Source of the DNA: Actinomycetota bacterium
GTDB lineage: Bacteria; Actinomycetota; Acidimicrobiia; Spongiisociales; UBA11373
Direction of reading: 5' to 3'
DNA length: 60,900 nucleotides
NCBI GenBank assembly: GCA_043810615.1
Contig: JBDROA010000181.1
Coordinates: forward strand, 1-60,900
Part shown: in pieces, positions 15,535-24,482 of the stretch
Layout: the number at the start of each line of letters is the position of its first letter
How positions within the stretch are numbered: position 1 is the first letter of the stretch
Position numbers and translations under genes: made by a program
Notes under the pieces: generated by a model
The model's input: only the letters and a program-made list of their open reading frames with translations
Told to the model about the DNA's origin: nothing
The model's database searches: none

Positions 15535-17766
15535 ATGCGCCGGGCCATCATCACCGTTGCCTTCCTCGGCCTGGTCGCCGCCGCCTGTTCGGCGCCGACC
15601 GGCGAAGGCGCCACCACCACCACGGGGCCGGGAGGTCCCGGCACCACGTTCCCCTCCGGTTCCCCCAGCGGGATCACCGGCATCGCCGGCACCTTCGACC
15701 CGGGGTCGGTGCGCTTCGTGGCCGCCCTGCAGCGCTTCGACTCCTGTGACGCCCTCCTCGGCTACTTCCGCACCGAGGCCCTGGCCCGGGTGGGCCCCTA
15801 CGGCCTCAGCGGCGGCCCTACCTACTACCCGGGCCCCTGGTTGGCCGACCGCATGGCCGAGGCGGGGACGATCCCTGCCACCACCATGGCTCTCCTGGCC
15901 CCGACGGCGGGTGAGGGGACATCCAACGGCTACTCCACCACCAACGTGCAGGTGGCCGGGGTGGACGAGCCCGACACCATCAAGACCGACGGGGAGCGCA
16001 TCCTCACCGTCCTCAACGGCACCCTCTACTACGTCGAAGTCGACAGCGGCACCGCCCGCCTCGCCGGGGCGCTGCCCCTGGAGGGCGGGTGGGACCATCG
16101 CTTCTTCATGGCGGGCGACCGGGCTCTGGTCTTTTCCCAGGGCGACGCCTACGCCGTGCCCCTCCTGGAAGCGGCCGCGTCGATCATGCCCACCTGGACC
16201 GGCCCGGTGACCCTGGTGCAGGAGGTCGACCTGTCCGACCCGGCGCAGATGCGGGTGACCCGCACGCTGCGCATCGAGGGCCGCTACCTCAGCGCCCGGG
16301 CCATCGACGGCACGGTGCGGGCGGTGATCTCCTCGTACCCCGCCGACCTCCCCTTCGTGTACCCGAGCAGCCCGGCCGCCGAGGCTCTGGCCCTGGAGTC
16401 CAATCGCCGGGTCATCGAGCAATCCACCCTCGAGGACTGGCTGCCCTCCTACACGCTGTTCGCCGGGAACGAGGTCATGGAGCAGGGCCTGCTGGCCGAC
16501 TGCGAGCAGACCCATCGCCCCGCCGAGTTCGCCGGCTTCGACACTCTGTCGGTGCTCACGCTGGACCTCGACGGGCGCCTCGACCCGTCGGCAGCCGCGG
16601 CGGTCATCGCCCAGGGGGAGACGGTGTACGCCTCCACGGAGCGGCTGTACGTGGCCACCAACGTCTGGGTGCCGGGTGAACTGATCGGCGACGCCCGCCT
16701 GGCCCCACTGGAGGAGGACTACTCCACCGCCCTCCACGCCTTCGACATCACCGGCGACGGCCCGGCCCGCTACCTGGCGTCGGGCGCGGTGGACGGCCAC
16801 CTGCTCAACCAGTTCTCCATGGACGAGTACGAGGGGCACCTGCGGGTGGCGACCACCGATGGCGCCCCCTGGAGCAGCACCGACACCTCGAAGAGCGCGG
16901 TGAGCGTCCTGGCCATCGACGGCGGCACCCTGGTCGAAGTGGGCCGGGTGGGCGACCTGGGCCGGGGCGAGAGTATCTACTCGGTGCGCTTCGTGGGCCC
17001 CACCGGCTACGTGGTGACCTTCCGCCAGACCGACCCGCTCTACGTGGTGGACCTGCGCGACCCCGCCGCCCCCCGGGTGTCGGGCGAACTGAAGATCACC
17101 GGCTACTCCGCCTACCTGCACCCCTTGGACGAAGGGCGCCTGCTCGGGGTGGGCCGGGAGGCCACCGAGGACGGCCGGGTGACCGGCGCCAAGGTGACCC
17201 TGTTCGACGTGTCGGACCCGGCGAACCCCCGGGCGATCGACAGTTGGCAACTGGCCGACGGCTACACCGACGTGGAGTACGACCACCTGGCCTTCCTGTA
17301 CTGGGCGCCCGAGGAGATCGTGGTGCTGCCCATGCAGGACTGGTCGAGCAACTTCGCGGGCGCGATCGTCCTGAAGACCGACGACGGCCTGCGCGAGGTG
17401 GGCCAGGTCAGCCACGAGCCCGACGAGGCCCCGGCCGGCACGGACTGCCGCCGGGTGGACTTCGGGGAAGCCGAGGAGATGGTGGTCCAGCTATGCGGCC
17501 CAGAGGAGGAGGGTGGCTTCAGCGGCTACTACTGCGAGGTCACCCCGGCCGAGGCAGTGGCCGAGATGCTGGCCGCCTACGGGGTGGGGGATGTCGAGGT
17601 GGCCCCCGACGAGCGCCTCGAGGTCTGCTGGCCCGAGTACTACGGGGCGGCGCAGATCACCCGCTCCCTGGTGATCGGCGACACCCTGTGGACCCTTTCC
17701 TGGCAGGGCCTCCAGGGCAACGACCTGGACGGCCTGGCGGTCGTCGGCAAGGTGCGCCTGGGGTGA
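15535..17766 (+). CDS. secreted beta-propeller domain lipoprotein (Beta_propel-type)
   Basis: GGAGG before ATG 15535. Lipobox LVAAAC. ...TNVQVAGVDEPDTIKTDGERI... and ...SVRFVGPTGYVVTFRQTDPLYVVDLRDPAAPRVSGELKITGYSAYLHP... are typical of this family. Confidence 0.8.
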   Translation: MRRAIITVAFLGLVAAACSAPTGEGATTTTGPGGPGTTFPSGSPSGITGIAGTFDPGSVRFVAALQRFDSCDALLGYFRTEALARVGPYGLSGGPTYYPGPWLADRMAEAGTIPATTMALLAPTAGEGTSNGYSTTNVQVAGVDEPDTIKTDGERILTVLNGTLYYVEVDSGTARLAGALPLEGGWDHRFFMAGDRALVFSQGDAYAVPLLEAAASIMPTWTGPVTLVQEVDLSDPAQMRVTRTLRIEGRYLSARAIDGTVRAVISSYPADLPFVYPSSPAAEALALESNRRVIEQSTLEDWLPSYTLFAGNEVMEQGLLADCEQTHRPAEFAGFDTLSVLTLDLDGRLDPSAAAAVIAQGETVYASTERLYVATNVWVPGELIGDARLAPLEEDYSTALHAFDITGDGPARYLASGAVDGHLLNQFSMDEYEGHLRVATTDGAPWSSTDTSKSAVSVLAIDGGTLVEVGRVGDLGRGESIYSVRFVGPTGYVVTFRQTDPLYVVDLRDPAAPRVSGELKITGYSAYLHPLDEGRLLGVGREATEDGRVTGAKVTLFDVSDPANPRAIDSWQLADGYTDVEYDHLAFLYWAPEEIVVLPMQDWSSNFAGAIVLKTDDGLREVGQVSHEPDEAPAGTDCRRVDFGEAEEMVVQLCGPEEEGGFSGYYCEVTPAEAVAEMLAAYGVGDVEVAPDERLEVCWPEYYGAAQITRSLVIGDTLWTLSWQGLQGNDLDGLAVVGKVRLG

Positions 17767-17818
17767 GCCCCCTGCTCCGGCAGAAGATCGGGGCGGCGGC
17801 GGCAGCCGCCGCCCTGGC

Positions 17819-18901
17819 TTGTCTGCCTGCCGCCTGCGGCGGGGGCGAGGGCTCACCGCCCACCACGGCCTCGACGACCACCGCGGCGTCCCCTACCTCT
17901 GCGGTTGCGACGGTGCCGCCGCGACGGCCGCCGGGTTGCAGCGAGAACTGGCCGACTTCGTGGCCGCCTCCACCACGGCGGGGGTGAGCGCCGCCGTGCT
18001 CTGGCCCGACGGGGCCTCCTGGGAGGGTGCGGCCGGCTTCGCCGACGAGGCGGCGGGGGGGGCGCTGACCCCGGGTGACACGATGCGCATCGCCAGCACC
18101 ACCGAGGCCTTCACCGCGGCGGTGGCGCTGCAACTGGTGGACGAAGGAGCGGTGGGCCTGGACCAGGCGGTGGCGCCCCTCCTTCCCGGCCTGGGCCTCG
18201 ACGAGGCGCTGACCCTGCGGCACCTCCTGGGGCATCGCTCCGGGCTGTGGAACTTCACTCTCGACGCCGGGGTCGACTCGGCGGTCCAGTCCTGGGATCC
18301 CGTCCGGGTGGTGGCGGCGGCCGTGGCGCGAGGGCAGGTCTTCCCTCCGGGGAGCCACTTCGCCTACTCCAACACCAACTTCGCGGTGGCGGGCCTGTTG
18401 ATCGAGGCGCTCACCGGGAACCCGGCCGAGGCCGAGATCCGCGCCCGCCTGCTGGTCCCGCTGGGCTGTGCCGCTACCTTCATGGGCGGGTACGAGGCCG
18501 GTGAGGTGACCGCGGCGCCCTACGGCAACCCGGCGGCGGAAGAGGGCTACCTGGGGAGCGACACGTCGTCGTGGACGGCGGGCAGCCTGGTCTCCACCCC
18601 GGCCGACCTGGTGCGCTTCGGCGCCGCCCGGTTCGACGGGCGGTTGACCTCGGAGGAGAGCCTCCGGGCCATGACCGCGCCGCAGGGCGTTGCCGGGGAG
18701 GCGGCGCACTACGGTCTCGGGGTGGAGCTGCTCGAGATCGCCGGGCGCTCGGCCTGGGGCCACCGCGGGGGCATGCCCGGGTACCTGTCGGCCCTCTTCT
18801 TCTTCCCCGACTCCGGGGTGACGGTGGCGCTGACCGCCGACGACTGGCGGGGAGGGGATTTCATGGAAGTGTTCGCCCGCCTCGTGGATCTGGCCCTCTG
18901 A
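17819..18901 (+). CDS. serine hydrolase / beta-lactamase-family domain with S-T-T-E in place of SxxK; a likely signal peptide lies in another frame from 17763
   Basis: LQRELADFVAA...RIASTTEAFTAAVALQLVDEG...YSNTNFAVAG...WGHRGGMPGY. See finding on the frame break. Confidence 0.65.
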   Translation: MSACRLRRGRGLTAHHGLDDHRGVPYLCGCDGAAATAAGLQRELADFVAASTTAGVSAAVLWPDGASWEGAAGFADEAAGGALTPGDTMRIASTTEAFTAAVALQLVDEGAVGLDQAVAPLLPGLGLDEALTLRHLLGHRSGLWNFTLDAGVDSAVQSWDPVRVVAAAVARGQVFPPGSHFAYSNTNFAVAGLLIEALTGNPAEAEIRARLLVPLGCAATFMGGYEAGEVTAAPYGNPAAEEGYLGSDTSSWTAGSLVSTPADLVRFGAARFDGRLTSEESLRAMTAPQGVAGEAAHYGLGVELLEIAGRSAWGHRGGMPGYLSALFFFPDSGVTVALTADDWRGGDFMEVFARLVDLAL

Positions 18902-18948
18902 GCCGTTCGCCCCTGGCGGGGCAGGACCCCGCAGGGTGGACTACCCCC

Positions 18949-20115
18949 GTGGACGGGCGCTTCGCCGTGGTGGTCGTGGGGTCCCCGGGGCACGGGGCCG
19001 AGCAGGTGGCCGCGCTGGTGGCGCCCTATCTGGCGGTTCTGGAGGAGGCCGGGGGCGGGCGGGTCGCCTCGCCTCAGGCGGCGGGGGGCCGGCCGCTTCT
19101 CTTCCTGGTGGCCACCGGCGGAAGCGAAAGGGCCCTGCTCGACCTCTGGGCCGGCTCGGGGCCGCTCTTCCTGGTGGCCCACCCGGGGCACAACTCCCTC
19201 CCCGCCGCCCTGGAGGCCCTGGCGGGGGTGCGGCGGCGGGGGGGACGGGGACGCATCCTCTACCTGGACGGGCCGGGCGACGCCGCGGGCCGGGCGGCGG
19301 CGGTGGCCGCGGTGAACGACCTGGAGGCGGCCGCGGCCCTGCGCCGGTCCCGCCTGGGGCTGGTGGGGCCCCCGTCCGACTGGCTGGTGGCCTGCCGTGC
19401 CGACCCCGGGGTGGTGCGCCGGGTGTGGGGCCCCGAGGTGGTGGCGGTAGGCATGGAGCGGTTCCTGGCCTCCTGCCGCGCCGCCGCGGTGGAGGGCTCG
19501 GCCGGCGGCGGGGTGGAGTCCGCCTTGCGAGCCCTGGTGCGGGAGGAGCACCTGGACGCCGTTGCCGTGCGCTGCTTCGACCTCATCGGGGCCCTGGAGG
19601 CCACCGGCTGCCTGGCCCTCTCCGCCCTCAACGACGACGGGGTGGTGGCCGGCTGCGAGGGCGACGTGCCCTCGGCCCTGGCCATGCTGTGGGTGCGCCG
19701 CGTGCTGGGGTCCGCCTCATGGATGGCCAACCCGGCCCGCCTCGATGTCGTCGCCGGTACGGTGACCCTGGCCCACTGCACCGTGCCTCGCCTCCTGGTG
19801 AGCGGGGTGCGAGTGGACACCCACTTCGAGTCGGGGCTGGGGCAGGCCCTGGCGGGGGACTTCCCCCCGGGGCCGGTGACCCTGCTGCGCGTCGGCGGAA
19901 TCGGCCTGGAGCGCCTCTGGCTCGAGGAAGGGGAGGTGGTCTCCTCGGGATCCGAGCCCGACCTGTGCCGCACCCAGGCCACGGTTCGCCTCGGCCCGGG
20001 GGTGGTCGAAAGCCTGCTCACCGACCCACTGGGGAACCACGTGGTCCTGGTGCCGGGGCACCACGGCGCCCGCCTGAGATCGTGGTGGGAACTGTTCGTG
20101 GTCTCGTCTCCCTAG
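18949..20115 (+). CDS. L-fucose/L-arabinose isomerase-like family protein
   Basis: GTG 18949. ...RCFDLIGALEATGCLALSALNDDGVVAGCEGDVPSALAM... resembles the FucI-family core. The upstream part of ORF 18571.. overlaps the hydrolase gene. Confidence 0.5.
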   Translation: MDGRFAVVVVGSPGHGAEQVAALVAPYLAVLEEAGGGRVASPQAAGGRPLLFLVATGGSERALLDLWAGSGPLFLVAHPGHNSLPAALEALAGVRRRGGRGRILYLDGPGDAAGRAAAVAAVNDLEAAAALRRSRLGLVGPPSDWLVACRADPGVVRRVWGPEVVAVGMERFLASCRAAAVEGSAGGGVESALRALVREEHLDAVAVRCFDLIGALEATGCLALSALNDDGVVAGCEGDVPSALAMLWVRRVLGSASWMANPARLDVVAGTVTLAHCTVPRLLVSGVRVDTHFESGLGQALAGDFPPGPVTLLRVGGIGLERLWLEEGEVVSSGSEPDLCRTQATVRLGPGVVESLLTDPLGNHVVLVPGHHGARLRSWWELFVVSSP

Positions 20116-20254
20116 GGGGAGTGTCCGGTCTTGGAGGCGAGGGGGGTGCTTGTCTGAGGCCGACGGGTGCGGAGGGGAACACGCAACCCCTACGGATCCG
20201 CGATGGCTCGTCGCCACCTCCCCCTTGGGAGGAGGAGAGGCCGCCGGTCGGGGA

Positions 20255-20297
20255 GGTGACAGCGCGTCACCCTGGGGTGCTGCCTCGCAATGTCACG
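20255..20297. repeat. motif copy A: GGTGAC-5nt-GTCACCCTGGGGTGCTGCCTCGCAATGTCACG
   Basis: The 32-mer from 20266 recurs at 20937-20968, with 19 identical bases followed by a few changes. Lies about 75 nt upstream of phd. Confidence 0.8.
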
Positions 20298-20372
20298 ATA
20301 CGGCGCGCCGTCTCCCGACGCTCTCGAACGGAAGGCTTCCGCAAGGAGCCAGCGCGTGGCACAATTGTGGCC

Positions 20373-20642
20373 ATGTCGAGCGAGTCCCTCCGATCGGTGC
20401 GTGACCGGTTCTCCGAGTTCGTCGACCGAGTGCAACACCAGCACGAACGCGTGGTCGTCACACGCAACGGAACGCCGGCTGCCGTGCTGATCAGCCCCGG
20501 CGACCTTGAGTCGCTCGAGGAGACCCTCGCCGTGCTCGGTGACTCCGAAGCGGTCGCCGAACTGGTCGAGGCTCACCGTGCCTATCTCGAGGGGGGCATC
20601 GTCCGGGGAACGGAGGCAGTCAGGGCTCTTCGACCCCGGTGA
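20373..20642 (+). CDS. Phd/YefM-family antitoxin
   Basis: SVRDRFSEFVDRVQHQHERVVVTRNGTPAAVLISPGDLESLEETLAVL. Stop overlaps the toxin start. Confidence 0.9.
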   Translation: MSSESLRSVRDRFSEFVDRVQHQHERVVVTRNGTPAAVLISPGDLESLEETLAVLGDSEAVAELVEAHRAYLEGGIVRGTEAVRALRPR

Positions 20643-20917
20643 GCACCGCTCACTACGACATCGCCGTGACCGCGCCGGCGGCGCGTGCCATTCGGGAGCG
20701 TCTGCCCGAGGGGGTGGCCTTTGCAGTCATCTACTTCGTCACCGGTCCCCTCCTCGACAATACGCGCCGGGTCGGCGCCCCGTTGCGGGACGAGCTCGAG
20801 GGCATCTGGAGCGCCCGGCGAGGGACCTATCGGGTCCTGTACCGCATCGACGATCTCTCAAGGGAAGTCGTCGTTCTGCGGGTCGCACATCGACGAGACG
20901 TTTACCGACCCGACTGA
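20639..20917 (+). CDS. RelE/ParE-family toxin
   Basis: 92 aa. ...GIWSARRGTYRVLYRIDDLSREVVVLRVAHRRDVY. GTGA overlap with the antitoxin. Confidence 0.85.
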   Translation: MSTAHYDIAVTAPAARAIRERLPEGVAFAVIYFVTGPLLDNTRRVGAPLRDELEGIWSARRGTYRVLYRIDDLSREVVVLRVAHRRDVYRPD

Positions 20918-20936
20918 CCGGCACGAGGGACACTCG

Positions 20937-20968
20937 GTCACCCTGGGGTGCTGCCCGCAAAGTACACG
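20937..20968. repeat. motif copy B: GTCACCCTGGGGTGCTGCCCGCAAAGTACACG
   Basis: Direct repeat of copy A. Lies between the relE stop and the fic stop. Confidence 0.8.
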
Positions 20969-20970
20969 CC

Positions 20971-21963
20971 TCAGGTGCGGTGGTACCTCGTGGCCAGGTA
21001 CTGATCCACCCAGCTCCGGGAACTGCGCCACTGGCTATCGGGGCCCTTGGTGGCTTGGAGGCGGCCTCTTGTCGCGGCGACCCGTAGGGCGTTGTGGGTG
21101 ATCTCCTCGCTGGCGAGGGCGGCCAAAGGGACTAGTCGGGCCGGCCCGGCGACGGCGGGGACGACGAACTTGTAGAGGTTGTCGAGGATGGCGCGGGCGA
21201 TGAGTTCACCGAGAGCTCCGGGGTCTCCCTCATCGGCGCGGCGAAGCGCCCTGATGTACTTGAGACGCTGGCTCTTGTAGATGATGGCCGGCGGGTAGCC
21301 GAACCTCACCAGGATCAGGTTGAGCACCAGTCGTCCCGTTCTGCCGTTCCCGTCGAGGAAAGGGTGGATCTGTTCGAACCGGCAGTGAGAGGCGGCCATC
21401 TCCTCCGGCAGGCCCGGCGTCCGCGGTCTGAGACGGTTGACATCCTGGAGCCAAGAGGCGATCTGGACTGGCACGTCGACCCACGGCGGCGGCGTCAGGC
21501 CTCCCGCGAAGGGCTGGATGTCGTGCTCGCGGAACGACCCGGGACCTTCTCTCGGGGTGGTGTCAGGATGGGGGGCCACTTCCCAGAGGGGCTTCAAGGC
21601 AGAGCGGTGAACCTCCCTGAGTTCCGTGAGGGTGATGACCTTTCGATCGCTGCGGAGCCGCGGCGTGATCGCCTGCTGATAGACCCAGCGGGCTGCGTCG
21701 GCGTACCCCCGGACCTCCATGTACTCCTTCAACTCCTTGTCACCGACGGCCCGACCCTCAGCCAGGAGAGCCTCCACCTGCTTGAGCACCAGCGTGTTGC
21801 CCTCGATGGCCGTGGAGTGGTGGGCTTCCTCGTACCAGATTCCCGTCCAGATTCCGGAGGCTTCGTCGGGGTTGGGGAGACCGCCCATCCTGGCCCACAG
21901 TTCGGTGATCTGCGTATCAAGGCGCTGGTAGATGGCGACGCGGGGGGGACGACCTCGGGGCAC
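20971..21963 (-). CDS. Fic-family protein (class II, internal inhibitory motif)
   Basis: Fic motif HPFLDGNGRTGR. N-terminal STAIEGN fits the (S/T)xxxE(G/N) inhibitory helix. C-terminal winged-helix-like tail. Confidence 0.9.
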   Translation of the reverse strand: MPRGRPPRVAIYQRLDTQITELWARMGGLPNPDEASGIWTGIWYEEAHHSTAIEGNTLVLKQVEALLAEGRAVGDKELKEYMEVRGYADAARWVYQQAITPRLRSDRKVITLTELREVHRSALKPLWEVAPHPDTTPREGPGSFREHDIQPFAGGLTPPPWVDVPVQIASWLQDVNRLRPRTPGLPEEMAASHCRFEQIHPFLDGNGRTGRLVLNLILVRFGYPPAIIYKSQRLKYIRALRRADEGDPGALGELIARAILDNLYKFVVPAVAGPARLVPLAALASEEITHNALRVAATRGRLQATKGPDSQWRSSRSWVDQYLATRYHRT

Positions 21964-22079
21964 AGCACTCCTCTGGGTTGTTCGGTTCCGGCGGATCTAA
22001 TCGTACCGTACAGATTCCCTAGTTGTACGCCTCAGTCCGGTGTCAATTGAACCGAACACTTTCCGGCGGGCGTGGCCGA

Positions 22080-22100
22080 GTCACCCTGGGCTGCGGTGAT
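22080..22100. repeat. motif copy C (short): GTCACCCTGGGCTGCGGTGAT
   Basis: The first 15 nt match copies A and B at 14/15. Lies in the divergent fic / HNH spacer. Confidence 0.55.
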
Positions 22101-22172
22101 CATCCATGACGGACTGGGGGGGCGCCGACGTGGACCCGGGAGTGTGTCATAGCCGGGTGATATGTAGGTGGG

Positions 22173-23366
22173 GTGTGCACGGAAGGATCATCCGGAGCGG
22201 TGTGCTCGATTCTGTCGGTTCGGCCGCAGGGCCTGCTCCCTGTCGAGCTGGCCGACGGCCTGCGCCGGCTAGGGCAGCTGGCCGCTCGGGTGGAGGCCCA
22301 CCGTGCGGAGTTCATCGCCGAAGCCGAACGCCAGCAGGTAGCCCGCCAGAAAGGGTTCGGGTCGACTACCACCTGGCTGATGTCCTTGTCGGGAGATCCG
22401 GCGCCGGTGTGCCGTAGCCGGGTAGCGGTGGCCGCCGCGTTGGAGGGGATGCCGGAGACGAAAGCCGCCTTCGTCTCCGGTGAGGTGTCCGAATGCCGGG
22501 TTCGTCTGCTGGCCCAGGTGCAGGCGTTGGCGCCGGAGCAGTTCGCCCAGGATGAGGCTTGCCTGGTGGCCCAGGCAGCCACGGTGTCCTCCAAGAGGCT
22601 GCCGCAGGTGCTGGCCGCATGGAGGCGAAGCACCGATCCCGATGGCGCGGTGGTGGATGCGGAGCGGCTGCACCGGCTGCGGGCTCTGCACCTGTCGCCT
22701 GCGTGGTCTGGCATGGTGCACCTCAGCGGCGACCTGGACCCGGAGGGTGGTGAGGTGGTGCTGGCGGCCATCCGCTCCCTGGCCGAACCGGCCGCCCTGG
22801 ACCCACAGGACACCAGGATCCCGCAGCAGCGTTGGGCTGACGCTCTCGTGGAGATCTGCAGCCGCCATCAGCAGGGCGGGCAGGCAGGCTCCGGCGGTCG
22901 GCCGCAGATCACCGTCACCATCCCCTGGAACACCCTGCTCACCGGCAACGGCTTGGTCGACACCGAGGCCGGACCGATCAGCACAGAAACCGTACGCCGC
23001 CCGGCCTGCGACGCCACCATCAGCCGCATCATCCTGGATGGTGGTTCGATCCCAATCGAAGTGGGGAGGGCCCGTCGGGTCGTGTCTCCGGCCCTGCGAA
23101 GAGCGTTGGATCTTCGGGACGGGGGGTGCACCCATCGGGGATGCGACATACCCGCCCGCTGGTGCGACGCCCACCATCTCCAGCATTGGGCAGACGGCGG
23201 AAACACCGACCTCGGCAAGCCTGCCCTGCGTAGCCACACCGGACACTCAAGACCACGCTGGCGGTTCTGTCCCTGGCGTCATCCGGCACCCAGTGGTAGC
23301 GTCCGCCAGAAGGCCGAGGGTCGGGAAGGGGGGGACCCCAGCGGCTACGCCGAGACCGACAGGTGA
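22173..23366 (+). CDS. DUF222 + HNH endonuclease (REP13E12-like), 3' end apparently degenerate
   Basis: DUF222-like N-terminal region. RRALDLRDGGCTHRGCDIPARWCDAHHLQHWADGGNTDL, then the expected LLC..HH..HEGGW is missing in this frame. Confidence 0.7.
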   Translation: MCTEGSSGAVCSILSVRPQGLLPVELADGLRRLGQLAARVEAHRAEFIAEAERQQVARQKGFGSTTTWLMSLSGDPAPVCRSRVAVAAALEGMPETKAAFVSGEVSECRVRLLAQVQALAPEQFAQDEACLVAQAATVSSKRLPQVLAAWRRSTDPDGAVVDAERLHRLRALHLSPAWSGMVHLSGDLDPEGGEVVLAAIRSLAEPAALDPQDTRIPQQRWADALVEICSRHQQGGQAGSGGRPQITVTIPWNTLLTGNGLVDTEAGPISTETVRRPACDATISRIILDGGSIPIEVGRARRVVSPALRRALDLRDGGCTHRGCDIPARWCDAHHLQHWADGGNTDLGKPALRSHTGHSRPRWRFCPWRHPAPSGSVRQKAEGREGGDPSGYAETDR

Positions 23367-23451
23367 ACTGACGGAGACTCCGCTTTGGTGAGCCTGCGAT
23401 GCGAGTTGCCGCTCGGGGAAGTCGGCAACCGGAGCAGGGAGGGTATCCAAG

Positions 23452-23832
23452 ATGGGAGTTGAGGTATCGGCTGCGCGGATCCAAGTCGAGCGATCCGGCA
23501 AACCCAGTAGGGTCGCGGCATCCGCCGTCTTCCTTGGTGCTGTGGCCCTCACGGTGTTACTGGTCTCGCCTTCAGTCTCTGCCGACGGGTCCGTGTACTG
23601 CGGGACTTACGGTCAGGGCTGGCGCGGCCAGACGGAAGGGTGGTCCCTCAACCACAACGAGTATCACTGGCATATGTTCATCTACTCCGGCGATGACCAG
23701 GTCTACATCCGGTATGGACCCGCCCGCTATACCAATCGGTACTGGGGTCCCTATCTCCAAGGCTTCTACCTGTGGGACGTTTCGTCGGCACACCTGACGA
23801 ACGAGCATGGACACTGCGGGATCCTGACATGA
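23452..23832 (+). CDS. small secreted protein, aromatic/His-rich, one Cys near each end of the mature part
   Basis: Signal-like AVFLGAVALTVLLVSPSVSA. Mature part DGSVYCGTYGQGW...HGHCGILT. Lies in a visibly less GC-rich stretch. Confidence 0.55.
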   Translation: MGVEVSAARIQVERSGKPSRVAASAVFLGAVALTVLLVSPSVSADGSVYCGTYGQGWRGQTEGWSLNHNEYHWHMFIYSGDDQVYIRYGPARYTNRYWGPYLQGFYLWDVSSAHLTNEHGHCGILT

Positions 23833-24482
23833 TGCAGTACCCTCGCCGACATCTGATTGCGCTGGCGGCCGCGGCAGCATTAGCAGTTGCTGCCTGCTCT
23901 TCGCCCACAGCTGGTTCGGGCGCTTCGGCCGGAGTGGCGGAGGCGACCCGAGAGTATCAGGCCACTGCCGTTGGCTTCTTCGCGAAGCTCCCGCTTCCGG
24001 AACGGCCTGAGCCAGGGGACTTTGGTGAGTCAGCGGCACTTGTCGCTTCCTGCATGAAGGAGCTGGGGTTCTCAGCGTCGACAGAGACCTCGCCGGGGGC
24101 TTCGCGGACCATTTCGGTCCAGATCCAATCGCCATCCCAAGCCGACGAGCTACCTACGGCTCATGACGCCTGCCTGGCAGCCGCTACGGACGCGGGATTC
24201 CTCATGGCGGAGGACGATCCAAGGACTTGGGAAGTCCGGTACGAAGCCTGGACCGAGGTACACGAGTGTCTTTCAGCCAACGGGTTTCCTGTTGAACCTC
24301 CGCCCACCTTGGATGGGTTCGTCAGTGCGTTCGGTACGCCCACCTCCTGGCGGCCGTACTCGGCGCTCATGCGGGCAACCGTCGGAGGCGAACCCACAGC
24401 GGTCATGGTGCCGGCAGAGATACAGTTCGCGCCGGAGCTTGAGCCATTGCTGCGAGCCAGTGAGCTCTGTCCCATGCCATGA
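23829..24482 (+). CDS. lipoprotein, unknown function
   Basis: ATGA overlap with the previous gene. Lipobox LAVAAC. Carries CMKELGF and HECLSANGF motifs like the lipoprotein at 11569. Confidence 0.6.
   Translation: MMQYPRRHLIALAAAAALAVAACSSPTAGSGASAGVAEATREYQATAVGFFAKLPLPERPEPGDFGESAALVASCMKELGFSASTETSPGASRTISVQIQSPSQADELPTAHDACLAAATDAGFLMAEDDPRTWEVRYEAWTEVHECLSANGFPVEPPPTLDGFVSAFGTPTSWRPYSALMRATVGGEPTAVMVPAEIQFAPELEPLLRASELCPMP

Noticed and set aside
15421-17415. 664-aa minus-strand ORF opposite the beta-propeller gene
   Set aside because: Shadow frame. Its translation is dominated by G/A/V/H/R/D with no signal or motif, whereas the plus strand has an RBS, a lipobox and family motifs.
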